Source: Tubiluchus corallicola
Lineage: Eukaryota; Animalia; Priapulida
NCBI GenBank assembly: GCA_030141605.1
Contig: JAQGDQ010000242.1
Coordinates: forward strand, 124,001-188,000
Length of the DNA stretch: 64,000 nucleotides
Direction of reading: 5' to 3'
A program made the position numbers and the translations under genes. Each line of letters starts with the position of its first letter. Positions within the stretch are counted from its first letter, which is position 1. Of this stretch, positions 1 through 11,878 are shown one piece after another. The notes below the pieces were generated by a model that saw nothing but the letters and a program-made list of their open reading frames with translations, did no database searches and was not told the DNA's origin.

Positions 1-267
1 TCGAAAGTGTGCAGTGTGTCACAATTGAGTACCTTTGAACTGAAACGTACTGCAGTTGTTCTTTTTGTGCAAAGATTTTTCCGATATGCAGATGCACATC
101 TAACAAGCGAATGGCGAAATGCATGTAATAGCGAATGTAAGACTGCCATTCTGTGGCAATAATTATTTCACAGTTACTTATTGTTGAAAAAAATAGTATG
201 CTCTCTTTCGATATTTTACAAGGTAGAATATTTACAGCTATAGTTTAAGATTTTGTCCGGTTTTCCT
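1..267. mobile_element. TTAA-flanked (Kolobok-like) MITE family A, truncated by the window edge
   Basis: Ends ...ttttcct|ttaa and shares internal motifs (gcgaatggcgaaatgcatg, atagtatg..ctttc.atatt) with the other copies. Confidence 0.65.
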
Positions 268-534
268 TTAAATGCAAATAAGAAATTTTAAAATTGTTAA
301 GCGAATTTAAAAGCATTAATTTAACAACATCAAGGAGAAACTGATGTTTAGGCAAATGTGTTACTCTGAGACTCCATTAGATGACCCAGTACTTTATTAT
401 GGTGCTTCATTTTGGCCATTTACATGTAAAGGTTGCATATACACAAGATGAAGGACTACAATAAAATGATCTACACGCAAATAAAACGAAAGTTAGTATC
501 GTGACTCTTGTTCTATGTTAGTAAATATACAAGT

Positions 535-544
535 GTCATGTGAC
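535..544 (+). promoter_or_regulatory. CLEAR/M-box-like E-box (GTCATGTGAC) upstream of ARSA copy 1
   Basis: About 100 bp upstream of the ATG, in a block conserved with the copy 2 upstream region. Matches the MiT/TFE (TFEB/MITF) site GTCA[C/T]GTGAC. Confidence 0.6.
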
Positions 545-644
545 AAATTCCAGGAGCAGGTAAGCAGTTTGTAAATACAGCAAACCATACCAAAGCAAAT
601 CCAAAGACATACTCAAGTTATACAGCAAACGAAACAACACAGTC

Positions 645-3600
645 ATGCCTGCGAAAAAATATTTCTGCCAATTATTCTGCGCTTTTGTCATTTTGCTGCC
701 CATCCTCTTAGCAGATGCGGCAAACACCACGCCCAATATCATCATAATGCTTGCTGATGATTTGGGATACGGTGACCTCAGCTATTTTGCGCATCCTACC
801 TCTTCTACACCAAACATTGACAACATGGCTCAGAACGGTTTAGTTCTTACTCAGTTCTACACAGCCAGCTCAAGATGCACTCCATCCAGGTGAGTACGAT
901 ATCATAATCATGTATAGGGAAAGAGCTAATTTTCTACGACAATTGCCATTGTTCTTGGTTTATGAGATCAGGACATGGAGCAGTTGTTATATATGCTAGT
1001 GTCTTATCTAAACAAGCTGGTATAGTCACTATTGTTTTCACATGCGTTTTCACCACTTTTTTGCATAGGCAAAGTAAGCACAATTTATAGCATTTTGTAT
1101 ACTTAGAAAATTTATATTATAGTATTGATCATGGGGTATGTTTGCTATCAATGTACCCAGCTCACAAGGTTGCAAACCAATGGGTTGTTAACAGATTTGC
1201 TCGAACGGGCCAGAAAATGATGATGCGTGTGCATAAGAGTGCTATTTATAAGAACTATAATAACTCATTGCATGTAAAAGGCTTACCAACTTTATTTCTA
1301 TTTGAAGGGCTTCAATATTAACTGGGAAATACCCAGTAAGAAGTGGGATGTATCCAGGAGTTTTCAGTCCTAAGAGCATAGGAGGCTTACCCCTTGAGGA
1401 GCTAACTATTGCAGAATTCCTCAAAGACAATGGCTACAGCACAAGTCTGGTTGGCAAGTGGCATCTGGGATACGGAGAAAATGGAATGTACTTACCACTT
1501 TACCATGGATTTGATGAATACTACGGCATACCGTATTCACACGACAACTGCCAATGTGAGACTTGTTTCTACCCGGATATCGAATGCACAAACAAGTGTT
1601 ACCCATCACAAAACACAGTTCCTTGTCCGGTTATAGACAACACAACCATCGTAGAACAACCAGTGGATTTGACAGAAATGTCAAGCAGACATCTGGGTAA
1701 GTAAACCAATTACAAAAACCACTATGTCCACTGGCTAACAATCCAAAAACAGAATGGTATATACTATTTGAAACAAGTGATAACAAAAATAGGATTAGCT
1801 TCTGACATCCTTCTCTTAGCCTTTAGAAAGAATAGCTATATAACATATGTAATAATCAAAGCATGTAGATAGACAACATGAAAGAAATATTATTCCTCTA
1901 ACAGATATGAATACCAGAACAACTGATGATGCTTGCCAGCCTTGGTTATGCTCCACCAGATTCCACATTTAATTACCAACTAAAGCCTAATTAAGACAGT
2001 CTTTCAAAATGCTTTTTATTTTATTTTTTCAGAAAGAGCAACTCAGTTTATAGAAAAGGAAGCAACTAGTGGAAACTCCTTCTTTCTGTTTCTTTCACTT
2101 TATCAACCGCACATACCTCAGTTTGCAGGACAATCATACACTGGCAGTAGCATCAGAGGTACACAAAACCCTTTTAATTTTGTACTGGTGAGAGATGTGT
2201 GCCCTTTTTAGATTTTCTTTCCCTGGATATGAACAGATCTATCTCAACCTCCATTTGTTTATTAAATTCAGAGAATATAGCAGTCTGTTAATAAATTAGG
2301 TGGTATTGGTGATGCCTTATCTGAGATGGATTGGATGGTTGGAGAAGTTCTAGAAACCGTGAAAGCAGCTGGAATTGACGACAATACTTTTGTCTTTTTC
2401 ACATCGGACAATGGGTAACTAAGTTTGTTGCATAACATAATCAGATTATGCTCGTAAAATACAAAGTTTCTGCCTTTCAAACATGAGCAAAATGGTTTAA
2501 TCAAACTAACAAACCTTGTTTTTGTAAGCATGATTTCCGAGAAAAGCATGTCAAAGCATACCACTCGATATGAAAACTTGACTGTACTAACCCTTTCAGC
2601 AGTTAGCACGATTAAGCCAATAGTTTTCGTTGTTTAGCTTTCTCGTTATTGGTAGAAATTCCATCTAATTAATTTGACCAAATTTTAAATAGGTTTTCTA
2701 GCTGAAAAGTAGTCTATTTTTTTTAAAACAAATGGTCCTATTTATTTAAACTGGGTTAAATCACAGCTGAAGAGATCCAAGTAATATGCACTACCTTCAC
2801 CATGTTAAAAACCATTACCTTAAAATTAGATGAAACCCTAACGAAACTGATTTCAATTGGCTATGTCCATTCCCAGAACTAACGGTAACTGTTTTTTAGT
2901 CCAGCCGTAGCATCAGAAACAGAAGGCGGCAATGCCGGCCTGTTCAAGTGCGGTAAAAGTTCCACATACGAGGGAGGTCACAGGGTGCCAGCTATTGCAT
3001 ACTGGCCTACACGCATCGAGCCTGGTAGAACCATAGAGCTAGCAACAACAATGGATATCTTGCCAACGGTAGCCAGTTTAATAGGAAAAGAGGTTCCTGC
3101 TGAAACTGATGGAGTAGATATGTCTGGCATCTTTCTAGAACAACAAACGGTAACTTCACCAAACATGTTATATGTTTTTATTAAATTAAATAAGATGAAT
3201 GGGATATGATTTCATCAGGCTTACTACCTATTCAAAATGGCCGACAAGTTTGCTGTCAAATGTACGCCAGTTTTATTTCCCAATTCACGTACAATATTTC
3301 ATCTGAGTTGACAGTTAACACGAAATTCTCACAATTTTCAGGGTAACAGAGAAACAGTGTATTACTATCCCGCTGAGCCAGATGAGGCATATGGTGTGTT
3401 CGCTGTTCGTTACCAGAACTACAAGGCCCACTTCTATACCCAAGGAGCAGCAGGCGACACAACAAATCCTGACACAGACTGTCTATCAACAGCTGAATTA
3501 ACGTGGCATGACCCACCACTGCTTTATGACTTGGAAAGAGATCCATCGGAGAAGTATGACATATCTGCTACAGATGAAGCAGATGCTATTATTACAACAC

Positions 3601-3740
3601 TTAAGCAACTTAAAGAGGAGTTTGACGCTAGCATGATTTGGGGTGCAAGTGAAATGGATAAAGGCAGCGACGACAATGTACAGCCGTGTTGTCAAGAACA
3701 ATGTAGTGGCTCACTTACAACCTGTTGCAAGTGCACTTAA
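645..3740 (+). CDS. ARSA: Arylsulfatase A-like lysosomal sulfatase, copy 1 (6 exons, 507 aa)
   Basis: Exons 645-889, 1308-1696, 2033-2158, 2300-2414, 2900-3149, 3342-3740. All introns are GT-AG and the total of 1524 nt is in frame. Signal peptide, PNIIIMLADDLG, formylglycine motif CTPSRASILTG, GKWHLG, PYSHD, QPH, TSDNG, CGKSSTYEGGHRVP and an ARSA-type Cys-rich C-terminus (QPCC...CC.C). Confidence 0.93.
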
Positions 3741-4727
3741 TCATAGTCTCTTATAGTGCGTTCAGATGTAGAGACTTCTCTCACAACTTGTTGCGCAACT
3801 TCTCTCTGGGAGAAGCTGCCAAGCCGTTCACACGTTGCAACAAGTTGCGAGAGAAGTTGCTAAGCTGTTCACACGCCTACAAGTTAAGAGAATTGTTGCC
3901 AAACCCAAGGCATTAAAAATTAATCAAAATAAACAGCCAACTAGTCGCAGAAAACTTACAAATGTATTTTAAGCCCAAATGTCAGAATATGAACCCAGTG
4001 AAAAATTCAACAAATTGTTTCACAGTTGGTTGAGCAAGACTTATACAGTCTGCACTTAGTTTACTGTGGTTATTGTAACTTTGTATTCGAGGAAAAAGGT
4101 CACTTGGTTATTGCATCAAAATTGGTTATTCATAAAAATGAAATTGTGTAAAAGTAAAAATAAAAAAGGTTTTAAATTTTTTTAAAATCTACTGCAGTTT
4201 GGACATTTATATTTTAGTCTTCTGCACACATACAACAAAAATTTAAACAGTATCTAAAACTTGAAAGTTGACTACCACAGACAAAATTACAATATCATGA
4301 CTTCTGACAGCATCACTGAAGTATAAAAAATACATAAAAATGGCAAGAATGCTTGACAGTACGGGGATAAACTTTGAGACATAATTAGAGTCCCTCAAAA
4401 ATTATGATTCCTTTTCTACTGTAATAGCATCCTAATGACTTTTAACTTTAATTTTTATGATACTTAGGCATGATATAAAGTAATACCAATCAAATAAACA
4501 AACCAATAAAAAAAGTCACACAGTTTGTGCGTTATTTTACAATAAAAACTCGACAGTTTAATTTGACAGGATGATGCATCCTAATACATGCAGGTTAATC
4601 AGGTACCACGAAACTCGCTCATTTCGACAAAGGTGCTCTTTGCATATAATTCAAATACTTTTATTTGATGATATAAAGTAATGTATGGCATCGTGACTTA
4701 TGTTCCAAGTTGGCAAACATAAACCAA

Positions 4728-4737
4728 GTCATGTGAT
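4728..4737 (+). promoter_or_regulatory. CLEAR/M-box-like E-box (GTCATGTGAT) upstream of ARSA copy 2
   Basis: About 96 bp upstream of the ATG, at the same relative position as in copy 1. Confidence 0.55.
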
Positions 4738-4832
4738 AGGTCCAGTGACTGTAAGATGTTTGCAAACATGCACAAACAAAACAACAAACCGTGCTAGAAG
4801 CTTAGAACTAGGGAAAGAACTAAGTGAAGAGC

Positions 4833-7800
4833 ATGGGACACAAACTATTGTCCTGTTTTGTCATTCTGCTGCCCGTCCTCTTAGTGGATGCGGCAAGCAC
4901 CACTCCCAATATCATCATATTGCTTGCTGATGATTTGGGATATGGTGACCTCAGCTATTTTGCGCATCCAATCTCTTCTACACCAAACATTGACAACATG
5001 GCTCAAAATGGACTAGTTTTTACTCAGTTCTATGCAGCCAGCTCAACGTGCACTCCATCCAGGTGAGTATAAAATCTTAATCAGTTAGAAATTGTTAGAC
5101 ATTTTAATCAATTTTATATATTAGAAATTGTGTGGTGAAGTTTTTCTCCTAATGATTTATCTTGCGAACATAAAACTTAGTATAGGAAAAAAGACGAAAC
5201 GAAAATTACTGTTGAAAATATAAAAATTGTAGCATTAATGTGATAAGTTCGACAGCCTCCTGATACAAAATTACAATACAAATGGATAATTTAGGAATCT
5301 GGCTACTTGTTTCAAGACTTAGTACCTGGCACAATGCATTTCAATATACATTAGTGTCTAAGTCTGTTTTGTAATGAGGACAAAGGCAACTTTGAAAATC
5401 GGATCGAAACAATGAAACTTCAGGTGGAAATGATTTGATGAGTGGTGTTGTTGAAGAAAAATACAGGTCTTCCAAGAATAATATTTTGCAATATAATGCA
5501 TACATAATATAAGAAAATTTGATGGCAACTTCATATGCTAATAGTATCCAATTTCTTATTTAAAGGGCATCGATATTAACAGGAAAATATCCAGTAAGAA
5601 GTGGCATTTATCCAGGAGTATTTAACCCTAACAGCGTAGGCGGTTTACCACATGATGAGACAACTATTGCAGAGTTCCTCAAAGACAATGGTTACAGTAC
5701 AAGTTTGGTTGGCAAGTGGCATCTAGGATATGGCGAAAATGGAATGTACTTGCCATATTACCATGGATTTGATGAATACTATGGCATTCCATACTCGCAT
5801 GGCCAGTGTCCTTGTGCCACTTGCTTCTACCCTGATGTTGGCTGTGCAATTAAATGTTGGTCACCAGAAGAAACAGTTCCTTGTCCTCTCATTGACAACA
5901 CAACCATTATACAGCAGCCAGCAGACATGGTAGAATCATCAGAAAAACATCTGAGTAAGTGTCTTTCACTAGTAATCTATGAATGCCAATTTGTGACAGA
6001 GAAAATGGAAATCAAACGTCTCAATGATGTTCTCAGAAATTCAGAAATAAGTTATTCAACTGCAATGAGGAATCCACATATAAGTAAATACTATACCAAA
6101 TGTCGAATGAACTAAGTCTGAATTTTGAGCAGCTACAACTGTCCACATTTTAAATAAACTGATTGTTAATCGAATGACGACATTAAATACTGACCTCATT
6201 CAGAAACATTGTATAATTGTGAGCGATTCCTTAAATTTATTTTCTGTCTACAAAGCAGACACAATTTTACGCACAGATTTGTGTTGTTGTTCTCAGCATA
6301 AACACTACTTTAGTTCTTCTAATAAAATGACAAATTTTCCAGAAAAAGTAACGCAGTTCATTGAGAACGAAACAGCTTATGGGAATCCATTTTTTCTCCT
6401 GTTTTCCCTCTATCAGCCACATGTACCTCAATTTGCCGGGAAAACATTCACTAACAGCAGTGTCAGAGGTATGAATACACTTTTTGTAAAAAGCACATTC
6501 ATTTCTAATGTTCATTAAGTTATGTTGGTTTAAAAAAAGGGAACGAACACAGTTGAAAGCTTGAATTTTAGTTAACTATAGCTTGAAATTATAGCATGAA
6601 TTTTTTTCACAAACAAATGCGATGCAAAGTTATGAAGACCTTCTAAATGTTGACTCATTAGGAGGAATTGGGGATGCGCTGGCTGAAATGGATTGGATAG
6701 TTGGTAAAGTTTTAGAATCAGTTAAAGAAGCTGGAGTTGAGGACAATACTTTCATCTTCTTCACGTCTGACCAAGGGTGAGTGAATTTTTTCCTCTGGAG
6801 TAGAGGACAATACTTTCATCTTCTTCCTGTCTGACCAAGGGTGAGTATATTTGTTCCTGAAAATGCTAGTCAAGCACAATGTTATGTTGCAAGGCAATTT
6901 TCTAAACCAACACTTAAGTAATGTGGACCATGTTTTTCCAGTCCAGCAATAAAATCAGAAACTGAAGGTGGCAATGCAGGACTACTTAAATGTGGAAAAG
7001 GAACAACCTACGAAGGCGGCCATAGAGTACCAGCAATTGCGTATTGGCCCGGTACTATTGAATCTGGTAGAACAATGGAACTAGCTTCTACACTGGACAT
7101 CTTACCAACAATAGCCAGTTTGATAGATAAAGAGCTTCAAGTAGAAAATGATGGATATGATATGTCTGGGATCTTACTAGAGCATGGAGCGGTAAAAATA
7201 TATGTTCATTATCTTGGCTGATCAATTTTTAATAACGTAACTTAAATGCCATGACATCATACAGCACTCTCAGGGTCTTAACACATAGGCATGCTGGGCA
7301 GTTGCTTGGGGGGGGGGCAGTGCACTGCTTTGCCCAGAGGCCTATTATGCTTATAAGATGGCACTGCAGCATCATAATACAAGATGATAATATAAGATAC
7401 AAGATACAAGATAATTTAAGGAAAAATATTTTCTTGTAGTTTACATTCCTAATGAAATTAGTGCCAGTCAAACATCTAACTCAAATCTACACGCGATAAG
7501 CAAGCGAAATATGGCATACTCGACTGAAAAATATAGCTTATTAACAACTGCTTATTAACAATGATCTTCTGCAATTTCAGAGCATAAGAGATACCATGTA
7601 CTACTACCCAGCTGACCCATATGAGCAATACGGTGTGTTTGCTGTCCGTCATCAGCAATACAAGGCCCACTTCTATACTATGGGTGCAAGTGGAGACACA
7701 AATAGCCCAGATCCAGACTGTTTGGAATCAGCCGCACTGACAGAGCATGAAACACCACTAATCTACGACCTACAGAAAGACCCGTCCGAGAAATACGACA

Positions 7801-7988
7801 TATACGACACACTAGATGCTACAGATGATGGGAGGGCAGTTATAGAAGCTCTCAAAGATCTGAAAACGAGTTTTGACGACAGTGTGGTTTGGCGAGAAAG
7901 TGAAATATACAAAGGGTCTGATGACGCCTTACAACCTTGCTGTCGGGAAGCATGCGAGTCAAAGCCAACATGTTGTAGATGCACTTGA
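4833..7988 (+). CDS. ARSA: Arylsulfatase A-like lysosomal sulfatase, copy 2 (6 exons, 505 aa)
   Basis: Exons 4833-5062, 5566-5954, 6343-6468, 6662-6776, 6942-7191, 7581-7988 (1518 nt, in frame). Internal exon sizes are identical to copy 1 (389/126/115/250). Same sulfatase motifs, but TSDQG replaces TSDNG. Confidence 0.92.
6731..6858 (+). repeat. 64-bp tandem duplication of the ARSA copy 2 exon 4 / intron 4 junction
   Basis: 6731-6794 is duplicated at 6795-6858, and both copies contain gaccaagg|gtgagt. Confidence 0.92.
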
Positions 7989-8817
7989 ACATGTTGCAGG
8001 CACACAAAAACAACAAGCTGCAAATGCACGCAACAACTGCAGTGATTTTATAATTCTATAGGAACTGGTAACTGGAAAGAACATTGTGGTGGAGGATTAT
8101 TGTGGTGGAAAATAATAGTAAAAGGTGGTGTACAGTATTATACTACTCAGGGAAATGATATAAAATATACTTCTGTATTGATTACTTTAGAATAATAGTA
8201 AGTTTTTCGATATCTAGTTCATTTTGTTTGTTATTTTATGCTAAACCAGAAGCATGCATATCTCAGTAGAACATGCATTGTGATTCTTGTTCATGCCATT
8301 ATATAATGCTTTGTTAGGGATATAAAACTTAATGTAGCTTTCTCTGGGAGTGTAACAAATAAATAATTGACTAGTTAATACAAGCAGGTAATTAAATTAA
8401 CAGAATAAAATGTTTTGTCAGGGCTATTTAAATTAAGCTAAAATATGCTGTGCAAAATAATAAAAGACTGTGATTTTGTGCACTGAAAATCGAATTGCAA
8501 GGTTTTATCATTGGTATAATTTTATAGCTACATACAGGCTGAACAAACTTCTTCAAGCAGTTATAGGTGTCTAGTGGCAAATTAGGCTATTGGCAGATTC
8601 TATCTGAAGCAGTCAGCAACACCGAAATGTCATAGCCAGAGTCGCCAAGTCTGCTTTTAATTTACCAAAGCTATAAAAGCATCAGGGCGCTGATCTGAGA
8701 GCAAACGCAACCTGCACAGACTGACCATAAACGCTAATAACCTTTGGGCGAGCATACACGCGGCAGTATGGGCGGGTTGTTTGAAGCCACGCAGTCATGA
8801 AACCTAGTAATGAAGCC

Positions 8818-9494
8818 ACTGGTGGTGCTCAAAGTTCCGTGGGGGATTGTCACTCATTGCATAATCCGTCTTACCCAATGGACAACCATGTACTGGTGGT
8901 GCTCACGGTTCTGTGGGTGATTGTCACTCATTGCATAATCCGTATTACCCAATGGACAACCATGTACTGGTGGTGCTCACGGTTCTGTGGGGTATTGTCA
9001 CTCATTGCATAATCCAAGTCTTACCCAATAGACAACCATGCACTGGTGGTGCTCACGGTTCTGTGGGGGATTGTCACTCATTGCATAATCCGTCGTACCC
9101 AATGGACAACCATGTACTGGTGGTGCTCACGGTTCTGTGGGGTATTGTCACTCATTGCATAATCCAAGTCTTACCCAATAGACAACCATGCACTGGTGGT
9201 GCTCACGGTTCTGTGGGGGATTGTCACTCATTGCATAATCCGTCGTACCCAATGGACAACCATGCACTGGTGGTGCTCACGGTTCTGTGGGTGATTGTCA
9301 CTCATTGCATATTCCAAGTCTTACCCAATGTACAACCATGTACTGGTGGTGCTCACGGTTCTGTGGGTGATTGTCACTCATTGCATATTCCAAGTATTAC
9401 CCAATGAACAACCATGCACTGGTGGTGCTCACGGTTCTGTGGGTGATTGTCACTCATTGCATATTCCAAGTATTACCCAATGGACAACCATGCA
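8818..9494. repeat. Minisatellite, 9 units of 74/76 bp
   Basis: Units start at 8818, 8892, 8966, 9042, 9116, 9192, 9266, 9342 and 9418. Confidence 0.95.
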
Positions 9495-10583
9495 GATAAT
9501 GCAATTAACATTTTTACGGAAGATATCCCAAAGCGATGAATAGAGGCGTCTAAAAAATAACTCCCCTTCAAAAGCTTAGGGAGTGGCTGGCTAAAAGTGA
9601 ATGGAAAACACGCTAAGATTACAAAAACTGCCCTGCGGGACAATTTATGTATTTTGCAAATATTCCAATTTCTCGAACGCGCGCAATGTCGTAAATTCGA
9701 CGTTTTTAAGATTGCCTTGAAGATCATAATTCCAGATGATGATCGGCGTTGAAAAATGCGAAACACGGCTGCGAATTCACTACAAATGTGAACTGAAAGC
9801 ATCAAGTCGTGAAATGAAGGACAGGACAGAGGTCTGACCACTGAAGGACACTGATGGAATGAACTCATAATTAATGAGTTTTTGATGAAATTAATCCTAA
9901 GTTTCATTGCATCTTATGCTTGAAATATATGGATGCTCAGCTTGTTATCTTGAGCAGGAGGAAGAATATATGAGAAAAAGGGGAGTAAACCAGAATTTGA
10001 AAAACGTACTCTAGGATTCGAAATTTAATGCCATAACCACTATGCACATGGCAATGAATTTGTAATTCAGAGGTTTTTGTTCAAACCCAGGTTGAAACTC
10101 AACTTTTTCACTGTACTGTCTTTAGATAAAATTTTGGACGAAAAATTCAGTAGTTGCGGGTTTATTCTAACACTAATTAGTAATCGAGAAATTAGGATTA
10201 CAAATATTAATGACACACATTATTAAATGTACATCAAAGAAAGCCTATAATGATTCAAATCGGCAAAAATAGTGAAAAGTTTCACATGACAAATCCTGTT
10301 TTTTCGATCGCCTCCTAAACAAACATCTTATTTTACGAAGTATTTGTTCAAGTTCATGTAGACTGATCCTTGACATTTCTACAGGCAGGATGCTGTGAAC
10401 TTAGAAGAAATTACAACCGCGTGTAATCAACACAAAACAAACTTGCTTATTTATCATAGTCACCTAAAGCTGTAAGGAGACATTTATCAAACTCAGACTA
10501 TAACTCTTTGCATATCAGTCAACTCACACAGTTACCCAATACTTTATACATTGTGTAACTCAATGCATATTCACGCAGCGTAT

Positions 10584-11878
10584 ATAGGGTGGCGCGAAAA
10601 GATGTGCCAAACTTCTGATCACGATACTATAAGAAGAAAATAATGGAATCGTTTGAAAATTACCACGCCGATCTTACAGACGTTCATGTGTTAAACTCAA
10701 AAATTTTAGTTGCTTCTTTAAGAATTGTCCAAAACTACAGAAGTTTCACATCAACAAGTCAAAACATAAATACCGGAAAAAACTGTGTCACTGTTGTTAC
10801 CAAATTCACAGCAAGTACTCTATATATGCCCGTTAATTTCAGTGCAAACTAAACGAAGACAATCCTTCCGTAAGCTGACACAATTTCCCACTTCTTCAAG
10901 GCGTCCCTGCACTCAACATTTTTGCCTTTAGTTGCTTTGCATCAAACGGTTTTGTGCGACCATTGTACACTTTTTGTTGAAGGGAATTCCAGGTACGATA
11001 AGCTAAAGAATCAAGTCATTTTTTTCTTGGCCACAAATCTTTATTAGTGCTTTATGTTCTTTGGTGAAAGCCAAGACGTAAACACGGTCATTTCTTTAAT
11101 GTTTTATTGCCATGTAGTGAGTACTTTACACGTCAATGTGGCTGTTGTTCAGTTGATGATTACAGGCCCTATTTCAGGGGGGGGGGGGTAAGTAGGGATA
11201 CTTCCCCGGGACCTCACCCTCCAGGGAGGGGGGCCTCGCGCCGAGGTAACATTTTTTTGCTTTATGCGAACATACTGCCTCTTGCCGCACGAGCGCCGTT
11301 TGCCTTGTGCGGCTCGGTGCCGATGTTCAGCTGTTTTCAATTTCGGAATTTCTAACACAGGCTTGTGCGGAAGCGAGAGTACGGTATTACATATTGCAAA
11401 GATGTTGTTTTTGATTTGACTATTTGACAAGTATTAAGGACTGGTCTTGAGAATAAAGCAATTTTTCTTTCAATTGTTCTTTCCTTTAACAACTGTATAA
11501 CTCCATATTTTCTCTTCGAAAATGCTTCTCCGACGTTCTAGCAGTTCAAAATTTTTTTGGGCGCCAACCATGGTGGCGCCCGCCTCCCCCCCCGGGGGGG
11601 GGGCCTCACACGCCCCACTTCCCCGGGCCTCGCTTAAGCTGAAATAGGCCTTGGATGATTATATGACATATACCTGACACTGTCCCGGCATTTAATTTTT
11701 TAACATGCAAACGTTTTTAGTGACAAAAAGCCGCTAAAACTACAAACCTGTAACTTTTACAGCTAAAAGATAATTCACTGTATCAAGCTGAGGAATTTCA
11801 ACATTGTAGGAATTAGACACTTTCACAGCTGACATTAATGAGCCAAATTTCGGCACACTTTTTATACGCTACCTCATA
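10584..11878 (-). mobile_element. Decayed Tc1/mariner-type transposon with a transposase remnant and a nested hAT MITE
   Basis: Degenerate TIRs (tagggtggcgcgaaaagatgtgcc / ggcacactttttatacgctacctcata). About 11040-10810 translates to WP....LDSLAYRTWNSLQQKVY...LRLVCTEINGHIEYLL*, like the C-terminus of DD37D/Tc1-type transposases, with stops and frameshifts. Confidence 0.65.
11163..11653. mobile_element. hAT-type MITE
   Basis: TIRs CAGGCCCTATTTCAG / CTGAAATAGGCCTTG and a perfect 8-bp TSD GATGATTA. Confidence 0.88.

Noticed and set aside
8797-9543. Repetitive ORFs (71, 164, 82 aa) and a CRISPR-like look of the array
   Set aside because: They are translations of a 74/76-bp minisatellite. There are no unique spacers and no cas genes, and the context is eukaryotic.
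9473-9907. 144-aa minus-strand ORF
   Set aside because: No recognisable motif or convincing splice context; it lies next to a repeat and is probably non-coding or TE-derived.
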